A DNA stretch of 32,000 nucleotides. It comes from Candidatus Arthromitus sp. SFB-mouse-Japan (lineage in GTDB: Bacteria > Bacillota > Clostridia > Clostridiales > Clostridiaceae). Below are positions 22,931 through 30,375 of this stretch, in pieces. Each line of letters begins with the position of its first letter. The stretch's first letter is position 1. The stretch spans positions 1,070,188-1,102,187 of the forward strand of contig NC_015913.1 of assembly GCF_000270205.1 (NCBI RefSeq). The letters are read 5' to 3'. Made by a program: the position numbers and the translations under genes. A model generated the notes under the pieces. It searched no databases and was not told where the DNA came from. It worked only from the letters and a program-made list of their open reading frames with translations.

Positions 22931-25900
22931 TTAATATTTTAATCCTAATGAAGTTACTAACTCCTTGAACTCCTTCTCATTCATCATTTCTCTTGCTATT
23001 TTAATTCTCAAGGTTGCAACTGAACTTGTTTGTTCTCTGTATTCGTTATATTTTTTCTCCCAATAACTTTGTCCATCTTCATCTGGAGTTCTATTAACTA
23101 TCAATGAGTACATAGTTGTAACGAATTGTTGTTTATTTAACTCTCTTTCAATAAACTCTGGTTGAGTCATTAAATTTTCAGCTATAAACTCTGTAGCTGA
23201 AAGCTCTTTAGACGTTAATTTATTAACCCAGAAATTCCATCCTTCAGCCTCTGGCTGACGTCCAAGTGCTATTGTATAGACTCTTGATACAAAGTTCGCA
23301 ACATCACCTGTTGGTTTTGGAGTAACTGTACCAGTTTTAAATGAAGTTAATGGATACTCTATAACTTCTGTATTTTCTAAAGTAAACTTAGCAATCAATC
23401 CTTTAAACTCCGTATTTGCATCCAATCCTTGTATAAAAATTGAATTTGTTGATGAATCCCAATTAGAAGTATATTTTTTACCTGTTGAATCCTCAATTGA
23501 TATAGATTTAATAGGAGATTTTGGTGTTGAATAATACTCAAGTTTAACTATAGCCTCATTTTCCTTAATAATCACTGTATCTGATTTAATATCTAAATCT
23601 CCTGTAACTGGTGTCTTTATAGTTACATACTTTCTCATACTTTTCTCTATACCAGCATCAGTTTTATAAACAAATTCTAAAGTAATAGTAGTGCTTGAAT
23701 TTGGAGTTAAACCTGTTACATTTACATAAGAACCATCATACTCAACTTTAACATCTAAATTTGATTCTAATGGAATGTAATTCATCCTAACAAATCTTCC
23801 ATTCATATCATCAATGAATAATGGAACTCGCGTACTCCTTGCATAATCAGCTTTATGATTTGTTTCAATATCTACTGTAAAAGTGCCTTGTCCTGTAATA
23901 GGAGTATTCTCTGTTACGTTATCAACTGTTTTATCATCTCTCTTAGTATTAATTTGAGCTAATGTTGTTCTAAGAACCCCATCTTTTCCATCATAATCTT
24001 TATAATCTAATTCTAAATTAACAAAATTATAATCTGTTCCTGGAGATAGACTACTTAAAGTTACTACATAATAATTAGTTTTACTTTTCTTATCTACAAT
24101 CTTTTGAATCTTAGACTCTTCTCCAGGTCTTAAACTCGTTACTCTTAACTCCCCAATATTATCTTCGGAATTATCAACTTTTAAAACATATCTAAGAGAA
24201 GTTGCATCATTCTTAACAGCTTGTACCTTTAATCCACCAGGAAGTGTAACAGTTTGTTTTGGTCCATCTGCTCCTAACTCTAACTTTGGCTCACTAAAGT
24301 TAGTTGTTTTAATTGCTGTAGTATTAACTGTAGCCCCCGCAGTATCTTTTTTCATCAATTGAAGTACGTTTAATTGATCCTTACCTTCAGTATTTGTAGT
24401 TATATCAATTTCTGTAAAGATGTAACTACTATCAGTTCTTAATCCACTAATTTGCAAATATTTACCAGCTTTTTTGTTATCAGGATCTACTTGAATTAAT
24501 GTTCCAGGATAAGTTTTGCCCTCTGAATCTTTCATTTCAATCTTAACTATACTATCATCAGAATCAACAAACTTAATCCCTTTAAATCTTATAGTTGTAC
24601 CCCTAGCCTCTACTTTATCAGGACTATTTAAATCGAAATCTTCTACGTTTAGATAATTTTTCTTATTAAGTTTTGTTACATATACCGTTCCAGTAGTTAC
24701 AGTTCCTGCTGAACCATTACTAAGATTTTCATATATAGCACTAGTTGAACTGTCTTTCATTATTTGTATAGTAGAAGGAGCTTTAGCTGTTGTTGCTTGA
24801 GGAATTCTTAATCCTGTAAGAACTTTATCATCTTTTATTGGTAACTCATTATTCTTAACTGTGCTACCAGTTAAACCTACAAATGTATAACTTGTATTTG
24901 TAGCTAACTCATCATTACCTTGTCCATCTGCACTTTGAAATCTCATAATAAGTGTAATTGGAATATCTTGTGAAGTAGCTCTTACTGATCTTTTTCCACC
25001 ATCTCTGTACATACCATCAATGTCAATTATTCTTCTTACATACTGTGAATTTTTATTCTTATCAGGACAAATATTAGCAGCTGTATATGGTATGTTAATT
25101 ATTTGACCCTTACTGTCCTGAAATGTAAAATTATTACCAGTATCTGTTGGATTAAATATCTCAGCTAATCCTTTTTGTAAAGCTTCTCTTGCTGTAGTAT
25201 TTTGTGCAGCTCCTTCAAAGTTTGTATTCGCATCTTGTAAAGTTTCTTCATAAGCCTTTTGTATTAAATCAGCTAAAGTACTTTGAGTACTGCCATTGGT
25301 AACTTGTGTAGAAAGTACATCTCCTGTTAACTTGAAACTAAATCTAATAGTTCCTTGTGGTTTTTTACTTCCTTGAGCACCGGTTAATTCTACACCACCA
25401 ATACTTCTTACAGGTACTATATTACCAGCTACAGTACTTTGAGTATTTCTACCCTCTTGTATTGTTTGTGGAGTATCCATGACTTGTCCATTAATATCTG
25501 AACTCATATTTGTATTTGGAGTCATTCCATTCTGAGTATTATTATTTACATCCATATCATTTTTAGTTGTGTCAGAATTATTAGATATATTTGGATTTTC
25601 AGTTGTATTTAGATTGCTATCAACTCCATTTATCCCAGACACATCTTGTCTACTTGAATTTGTTGACCCATCTGATAAATCACTTCCATTTGTTCTATCT
25701 GGTAATCTTCCAAAACCATTCAATGGCTCCATGATAGACGCATTGTTTTGGAATTCATTTATATTATCTTTTCCTGACACATCCTCTGATGAAATCAAAT
25801 TATTTCCCGTTCCATTTTCATTTATTGACTCATCAGATGTTATATCTCTAGAATATCTATTTAAATTCTCATCTACTGAGTTATTAAATCCATTATCAGT

Positions 25901-26185
25901 TCCATTATCAAACTCATTAACTGTATCCATTCCCGTTATATCATCAGCATAAGCAACATCTGGATATCCTCCAGATTGATATTGATTATTAGAATTGTAT
26001 GGATATTGCGCTTCTTCTTTAAACTCTGTTACAATTCTCTCTGTTGCTCTCTGCAATCCATTCTCATCATATTGAGAAACTTTATTGTTATCTTGAGTTT
26101 TGTTACCTGATGATGCACATCCTGTAAATATACTTGAGGCGATCGCTAATCCAGTTAATAGAAGTGTAATTTTTTTTCTATTCAT
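22931..26185 (-). CDS. Giant surface lipoprotein with C-terminal DUF4214 tandem, paralog D (N/S/T/G/D-rich module)
   Basis: 1084 aa. Signal peptide MNRKKITLLLTGLAIASSIFTGC (lipobox FTGC) with an AGGAGG RBS. The low-complexity module lies at about 25433-26116. The core and C-terminus are colinear with paralog C. It sits 53 nt upstream of paralog C with no terminator between them. Confidence 0.9.
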   Translation of the reverse strand: MNRKKITLLLTGLAIASSIFTGCASSGNKTQDNNKVSQYDENGLQRATERIVTEFKEEAQYPYNSNNQYQSGGYPDVAYADDITGMDTVNEFDNGTDNGFNNSVDENLNRYSRDITSDESINENGTGNNLISSEDVSGKDNINEFQNNASIMEPLNGFGRLPDRTNGSDLSDGSTNSSRQDVSGINGVDSNLNTTENPNISNNSDTTKNDMDVNNNTQNGMTPNTNMSSDINGQVMDTPQTIQEGRNTQSTVAGNIVPVRSIGGVELTGAQGSKKPQGTIRFSFKLTGDVLSTQVTNGSTQSTLADLIQKAYEETLQDANTNFEGAAQNTTAREALQKGLAEIFNPTDTGNNFTFQDSKGQIINIPYTAANICPDKNKNSQYVRRIIDIDGMYRDGGKRSVRATSQDIPITLIMRFQSADGQGNDELATNTSYTFVGLTGSTVKNNELPIKDDKVLTGLRIPQATTAKAPSTIQIMKDSSTSAIYENLSNGSAGTVTTGTVYVTKLNKKNYLNVEDFDLNSPDKVEARGTTIRFKGIKFVDSDDSIVKIEMKDSEGKTYPGTLIQVDPDNKKAGKYLQISGLRTDSSYIFTEIDITTNTEGKDQLNVLQLMKKDTAGATVNTTAIKTTNFSEPKLELGADGPKQTVTLPGGLKVQAVKNDATSLRYVLKVDNSEDNIGELRVTSLRPGEESKIQKIVDKKSKTNYYVVTLSSLSPGTDYNFVNLELDYKDYDGKDGVLRTTLAQINTKRDDKTVDNVTENTPITGQGTFTVDIETNHKADYARSTRVPLFIDDMNGRFVRMNYIPLESNLDVKVEYDGSYVNVTGLTPNSSTTITLEFVYKTDAGIEKSMRKYVTIKTPVTGDLDIKSDTVIIKENEAIVKLEYYSTPKSPIKSISIEDSTGKKYTSNWDSSTNSIFIQGLDANTEFKGLIAKFTLENTEVIEYPLTSFKTGTVTPKPTGDVANFVSRVYTIALGRQPEAEGWNFWVNKLTSKELSATEFIAENLMTQPEFIERELNKQQFVTTMYSLIVNRTPDEDGQSYWEKKYNEYREQTSSVATLRIKIAREMMNEKEFKELVTSLGLKY

Positions 26186-26197
26186 AACCTTCTTAAA
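26146..26197 (-). repeat. 52-nt cassette (12 nt of leader + signal-peptide codons 1-13 and first base of codon 14), copy at paralog D
   Basis: Identical to 22838-22889. After a 1-nt indel, the following cctcctaa (the RBS complement) is also shared. Confidence 0.9.
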
Positions 26198-26342
26198 CCT
26201 CCTAAATTTTTAAAATAGCACTTAATAAAAATAAATAACTCGAACCTTTTAAAAAATAAAAATATTTAATAAATCAGCAATTTCTTAACTACTGATAAAA
26301 CTATTATGAACAATTTATTTTTTTATATTCATATTTTAAAAT

Positions 26343-26373
26343 AAAAAAAATGACTACTCTAAGAATAGCCATT
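26343..26373 (-). terminator. Strand-specific intrinsic terminator of the deacetylase/antiporter operon
   Basis: 11-bp stem at 26349-26359 / 26363-26373. On the minus-strand RNA every position pairs (two are G-U wobbles), and a run of 8 U follows. On the plus strand the same two positions are mismatches. Confidence 0.65.
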
Positions 26374-26377
26374 TTAA

Positions 26378-27211
26378 TTAATAACCATATTCAGCCAATT
26401 TTTGTTTAAAAATGTCAATATCACTTCCACCTGGTATACTAACTCTCTCCATAGTCATATAATGATCAAAAAATTCCCCTGGCTCAGTCGACAAAGCCCA
26501 TTCATATCCTACATCTTGAGCAACTCTTATAACCTCAGAGTTAAATGAAGAATTTGGATAAACTAAAAATAAAACAGGTTTATTTAATGTTTCCTCCAAT
26601 ATCTTCTTACTTATATACATTGACTTATGTACTTGAGCAAGCGATGTATTAATAAAGTCTTCGTTGTTATGTCCTTGACTTTCTATGTCTTGACCAGCTT
26701 CGTGCATCTCTACAAGATTATCCTTCGTAACATATCCTCTCTCTCCAAGTTGCCTTGTTGTAACAAAAAAGCTCGCCTTTAAATTCCTTTTTTGAAGTTC
26801 AGGGAACACCGTATCATATGAGCTTTTATCTCCATCATCAAAAGTTAAAACTAATGTTTTCTCTGGAATCTCCTCACAAGATTTACGTAATCTATAAAGT
26901 TCTTCTAATGTTATAACATTGTATCCATTTCCAACTATATAATCTAATTGTTTTCTAAAATCATCAATATGTACGTATAAATCATCTTCCTGACTAGCTT
27001 TCTTACTATTTGTTACATTATGATAAAGCAAAATTAACGCTTCATTCTTTTCTTTCCTACTTAACATTTCTTCATTTGTAAGTGATGGCTTTACTTCATC
27101 ATATATTTTTTTAGCATCATAATAAGATTTTGCAACCTGACTTCCTATGGATAAAAAACTAACTAAAATTAATAACGGAAGCAAAACTTTATAAACTTTT
27201 TTTCCTCTCAA
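26378..27211 (-). CDS. Polysaccharide deacetylase (NodB-homology domain) with N-terminal membrane anchor
   Basis: LVLTFDDGDKSSYDTVFPELQKRNLKASFF is the NodB T-F-D-D-G block, and the later FLVYPNSSF block fits the family. The N-terminus has the hydrophobic segment VLLPLLILVSFLSIG. The start is TTG, 9 nt after AAGGA and 12 nt after the antiporter stop. Confidence 0.8.
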   Translation of the reverse strand: MRGKKVYKVLLPLLILVSFLSIGSQVAKSYYDAKKIYDEVKPSLTNEEMLSRKEKNEALILLYHNVTNSKKASQEDDLYVHIDDFRKQLDYIVGNGYNVITLEELYRLRKSCEEIPEKTLVLTFDDGDKSSYDTVFPELQKRNLKASFFVTTRQLGERGYVTKDNLVEMHEAGQDIESQGHNNEDFINTSLAQVHKSMYISKKILEETLNKPVLFLVYPNSSFNSEVIRVAQDVGYEWALSTEPGEFFDHYMTMERVSIPGGSDIDIFKQKLAEYGY

Positions 27212-27223
27212 GTTAACACATCC

Positions 27224-28198
27224 TTATAAAGATAATATTAAATACGCAATATATATTAATATAATTGCCAAACTTAAGACTAAATAAACAATCTTCAATT
27301 TTTTATTGCTATTTTTAATGATAAGTAAGATTGCAATTAATACTGTTGCTATAAATCCAAATAATAATAATATTTTTGTTTGAGAATGATTTGTAATATA
27401 AAGTGATGCACTGACATATAAAAGATCTATTATCGAAATTATAAATAAGTTAAAAATATTACTCCCAATAATATTTCCCACTACTAAATTAAATTTTGCT
27501 TTTTTCGCAAGTGCAACACATGACGTAACTTCTGGAAGTGATGTTGCTATTCCTAAAAATAACGCTCCACTTAAACTTGCAGCTAGATTCAATTTTACAG
27601 AAATTATATCAGTTACATACGTTATAAAAACACTCGCAATAACTAATCCTATACTAACTAATATAAATCTCGTAAAAATTTGTTTAAGGGTAAGTTTACA
27701 TTCCCCTTTGTCTTCCTCATCTGCATCTATGTCATTTGTCGCCATAAATTTAAGAGAAGTAAAATATAATACCAAAATCAAAATTGAAACAATACTCACA
27801 TTAAAAATGTTAAAATCCTTTGAAAAATAAACTGGTATGAATAAAATTATGTTTATTATTATAACAAATAAAATCGTTTTAGTATGACTCTTGCTTATTT
27901 GACTTTGTACAAACCCTTTAATAAATAAAATAACAATAGCAGACAATGTAGCTAAATTAAAAATATTACTTCCTAAAATATTTCCTAAAACAAGCTCAGG
28001 ATTATTTAAAATAAGTGCCCCAGAAATACTCGTAAATAATTCTGGAAGAGATGTTACTGCCGCAAGCATAACTCCTCCTATAAAAGCTCCAGATACATTT
28101 GTCTTTTTATCGATTAAATCAACATAATCAGCAGCTTTTATCGAAAATAATATTACAGTTATTGCCAATATGACATAAAGCAAATATATCAACAACAT
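27224..28198 (-). CDS. Ca2+/cation antiporter (CaCA family, YrbG-type sodium/calcium exchanger membrane protein)
   Basis: Two internal alpha-repeats, GNILGSNIFNL in the first half and GNIIGSNIFNL in the second, are separated by the acidic loop DIDADEEDKGE. There are ~10 hydrophobic helices. The GGAGG RBS is only 2 nt from the ATG, so one of the next two TTG codons may be the real start. Confidence 0.8.
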   Translation of the reverse strand: MLLIYLLYVILAITVILFSIKAADYVDLIDKKTNVSGAFIGGVMLAAVTSLPELFTSISGALILNNPELVLGNILGSNIFNLATLSAIVILFIKGFVQSQISKSHTKTILFVIIINIILFIPVYFSKDFNIFNVSIVSILILVLYFTSLKFMATNDIDADEEDKGECKLTLKQIFTRFILVSIGLVIASVFITYVTDIISVKLNLAASLSGALFLGIATSLPEVTSCVALAKKAKFNLVVGNIIGSNIFNLFIISIIDLLYVSASLYITNHSQTKILLLFGFIATVLIAILLIIKNSNKKLKIVYLVLSLAIILIYIAYLILSL

Positions 28199-28283
28199 TT
28201 CCTCCTTTAAAAATTTTTTTGAAAATTATATGTAAAAACTATGTTTTATTATAATAGTTAATCTCTTTTTATACAATATGTAT

Positions 28284-28311
28284 TAAATATCTAGTCGTCA
28301 CTACGATTAAT
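28284..28311 (+). promoter_or_regulatory. Possible SigD/FliA-type (flagellar) promoter upstream of the flagellin-like gene
   Basis: TAAA (28284-28287), then 16 nt, then CGATTAAT (CGAT at 28304-28307). The sigma-D consensus is TAAA-N15-GCCGATAT. The match is partial, in AT-rich DNA, ~55 nt upstream of the ATG. Confidence 0.25.
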
Positions 28312-28365
28312 TATATTGAGGCTTGTTTACAAGGACGTATATTTTCGATCAAGGAGGATCTAACT

Positions 28366-29112
28366 ATGAGAATAAATAAAAATTCTAATATCACAAAAGC
28401 CTTAAGTGTTTTTAAAATTGGAAAAGTAAATAATAATTTATCAAAAAATAATTCAAATTCAGACAATATTCAAATTAATTATCTTATGGATGAGCTTACA
28501 GAATCCCAATATATAACACGCAATTACCAAATAGGTATAACTTATGTACAAATAGCCAAATCCACTTTGAGTGAAGTAAAGAAAACTATTTTAGATATGA
28601 AAGAAATTTTTGATAAATGTAAAAATGAAGATAATACTTCTTTTGGTCGTGAATCACTAAATTTTAAATTCGAAGAATTGTGCCAAAAATTCAACAAAGA
28701 ATCGAACAAATTAACTATAGATATAAGAGAAAATTTATTTTATAATAGCAATAACGAACTTGTATTTAAAGTATTCGATTCAAAGTCTCTAGAAAATTGT
28801 ATTCTTATTCCTAAACTCGACGCAAACAAATTAAATCTTAGAAATATAAATATAAAAAACGAAATCAACGCTAATGAGGCATATAATAAAATGAATCAAG
28901 CTCTTGACTATATCCTTTTGTCAGAGAAAGCAATAAAAGATTCTGAAGAAAAACTTCTGCGAGTTAATCTAACAGATATTATGTCTGCAAATCTCATGGC
29001 GTTAAGTAGCAATGAAAACAAAGAATCTATTGAAAAATTATTAGAGCTAACAAGAAGAGGCTTGCTCAAAGAAGGCAACACCTATTTGAAAGAAATAAAC
29101 AAAGATAAATAA
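28366..29112 (+). CDS. Short, highly divergent flagellin-like protein (N- and C-terminal helical regions only)
   Basis: It starts MRINKN, like flagellins (MRINHN). QIGITYVQIAKSTLSEVKKTILDMKEIFDKCKNEDNTSFGRESLNFKFEELCQKFNKES is colinear with the flagellin ND1 block QDGISLIQTAEGAL.E...ILQR.REL.VQA.N.T....DR..IQ.E...L..EI. The C-terminal part ANEAYNKMNQALDYILLSEKAIKDSEEKLLRVNLTDI is colinear with A...ID.A...V...RA.LGA.QNRLE.TI.NL. At 248 aa there is no central domain. The AAGGAGGA RBS is strong. Confidence 0.55.
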   Translation: MRINKNSNITKALSVFKIGKVNNNLSKNNSNSDNIQINYLMDELTESQYITRNYQIGITYVQIAKSTLSEVKKTILDMKEIFDKCKNEDNTSFGRESLNFKFEELCQKFNKESNKLTIDIRENLFYNSNNELVFKVFDSKSLENCILIPKLDANKLNLRNINIKNEINANEAYNKMNQALDYILLSEKAIKDSEEKLLRVNLTDIMSANLMALSSNENKESIEKLLELTRRGLLKEGNTYLKEINKDK

Positions 29113-29124
29113 TCTAAAAAATAG

Positions 29125-29157
29125 AAAGTATCTTAGAGTCTAAGATACTTTTTGTAT
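29125..29157 (+). terminator. Intrinsic terminator of the flagellin-like gene
   Basis: Perfect 12-bp stem aaagtatcttag (29125-29136) / ctaagatacttt (29140-29151) with a 3-nt loop, followed by TTGTATT. Confidence 0.75.
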
Positions 29158-29195
29158 TATATACAAAAAACAAACTAAATGAAATTAGTTTGTTT
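29158..29195 (-). terminator. Intrinsic terminator of the MCP / PLP-enzyme operon
   Basis: Perfect 11-bp stem aaacaaactaa (29168-29178) / ttagtttgttt (29185-29195) with a 6-nt loop. On the minus strand it runs into TTTTTTGTATAT. Confidence 0.6.
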
Positions 29196-29210
29196 ATAAC
29201 GAGCGATATC

Positions 29211-30350
29211 TTATTTCAGTGCTTTCCTTATTCTAGTGAAACACTCCTTAAGCATCTCTCTTGGATAAGCCATATTAATTGCAATCTTACCTTGAAGATT
29301 TCCTTCAATTTCTTCTCCAAACTTAAGTGTAAGTTTTCCATTTCGTAAAATTCTATACTCAAGTTCTTCAGGCATATATCCATATTTTGATAAGTCGATA
29401 AATGCCAATGTTCCGCTCTCAGGTCTCTCAAGTTTCATTGTTCCAAATATATCTTTAAGATAACCATCAAATAAATCAAAATTTTTATTAACATATTCTC
29501 TAAGTTTTCTTAACCAAATATCTATTCTACTATAAAAAATATTAAATATTTCAACATCTATTGCGTTAATTGCAAACCTACTATTATCACTCAATTGCAT
29601 TTTCATAAAATCCCTAAACTTTTTGTTATTTATAACTAAATTACCCATGGTACTATCCATAAGATTTAATGTCTTACATGGACTTAGATATGTTATAACG
29701 TTACTACTATTATTAAGTGCCTTTGACAATGGAATATATTTAATTCCATCTCTTGTTAACTCATATCCCTCTTCAATACTTAAAATCCATAAATTATTTT
29801 TTCGTGCAATGTCTCCAAGTTTTTTTAATTCATCTTCACCAAAACACCTTCCAGATGGATAATGTGGATTGCTTATAACCATAACCTTAGCATCTTTAGA
29901 ATATTTTTCTAAAAGTTCAAAGTCAAGCTCGGGTTTTTCTCCTTCATAAATAAGTGGTATTGATATAAGATTCCTACTTGATGCTAAAATCTTATATCTA
30001 AGTATTTTTTCTAAGGGTGAGAGTACAACCACATTATCATTCACTTGAGTTAAAGATTCAAATATCAAAGTATACGCCATTTCATCACTTGGTATATATT
30101 GTATATTCTGTATATCAATCTCCCACTCATATTCTTTCATAAAATAGGCACTCATGAGCATCTTATACGATTCTTTATCATAATAACCTTGACTTACTTG
30201 TTTCTCAAAAAGATTATAATTTTGTATTACAAACATTACAGGCTTAGGACTTAAAAAATACATTTTCTCAGTTTCATGCATTATTAAATCAAAATCATTC
30301 GTATCCAAATTTGAATATTGATAATTATTTTTACTCTTAGTTGCTTCCAT
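29211..30350 (-). CDS. Fold-type I PLP-dependent enzyme, MalY/PatB (C-S lyase / aminotransferase class I-II) like, divergent
   Basis: VISNPHYPSGRCFGEDELKKLGDIARKNNLWILS corresponds to the N-P-H-N-P-T-G...L block, and YLSPCKTLNLM to the S-x-S-K-x-F-N PLP-lysine block. The usual D-E-I-H block reads IEEGYE here. I prefer the ATG at 30350 (GGGGGAG RBS) over the TTG at 30365. Confidence 0.65.
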   Translation of the reverse strand: MEATKSKNNYQYSNLDTNDFDLIMHETEKMYFLSPKPVMFVIQNYNLFEKQVSQGYYDKESYKMLMSAYFMKEYEWEIDIQNIQYIPSDEMAYTLIFESLTQVNDNVVVLSPLEKILRYKILASSRNLISIPLIYEGEKPELDFELLEKYSKDAKVMVISNPHYPSGRCFGEDELKKLGDIARKNNLWILSIEEGYELTRDGIKYIPLSKALNNSSNVITYLSPCKTLNLMDSTMGNLVINNKKFRDFMKMQLSDNSRFAINAIDVEIFNIFYSRIDIWLRKLREYVNKNFDLFDGYLKDIFGTMKLERPESGTLAFIDLSKYGYMPEELEYRILRNGKLTLKFGEEIEGNLQGKIAINMAYPREMLKECFTRIRKALK

Positions 30351-30375
30351 ACTTCTCCCCCTCAATCTAAAACTT

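Noticed and set aside
12136-26185. Programmed variation machinery for the array (diversity-generating retroelement, invertible promoter/shufflon, silent cassettes with a recombinase)
   Set aside because: The window has no reverse transcriptase, no site-specific recombinase or invertase gene, and no template/variable repeat pair with adenine-specific differences. No inverted repeats flank a promoter-sized segment. All four genes are full-length with their own start codons.
26186-26340. Sporulation-sigma-like (GAATATA-N15-CATAATAG) or extended -10 (TGCTATTTT) promoter upstream of paralog D; similar CATAAAAC upstream of paralog A (about 15670)
   Set aside because: The matches to sigma-E/K consensus are partial (3-4 mismatches, off-consensus spacing) and easily arise by chance at this A+T content. 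I could not identify a convincing promoter for the array by eye. TSS mapping is needed.
26378-27211. Possible loss of the second His of the NodB H-x-x-x-H metal motif in the deacetylase (sequence reads GHNNED)
   Set aside because: I cannot place the motif reliably without a proper alignment, and subfamilies differ in this block. The evidence is not strong enough to claim an inactive enzyme.
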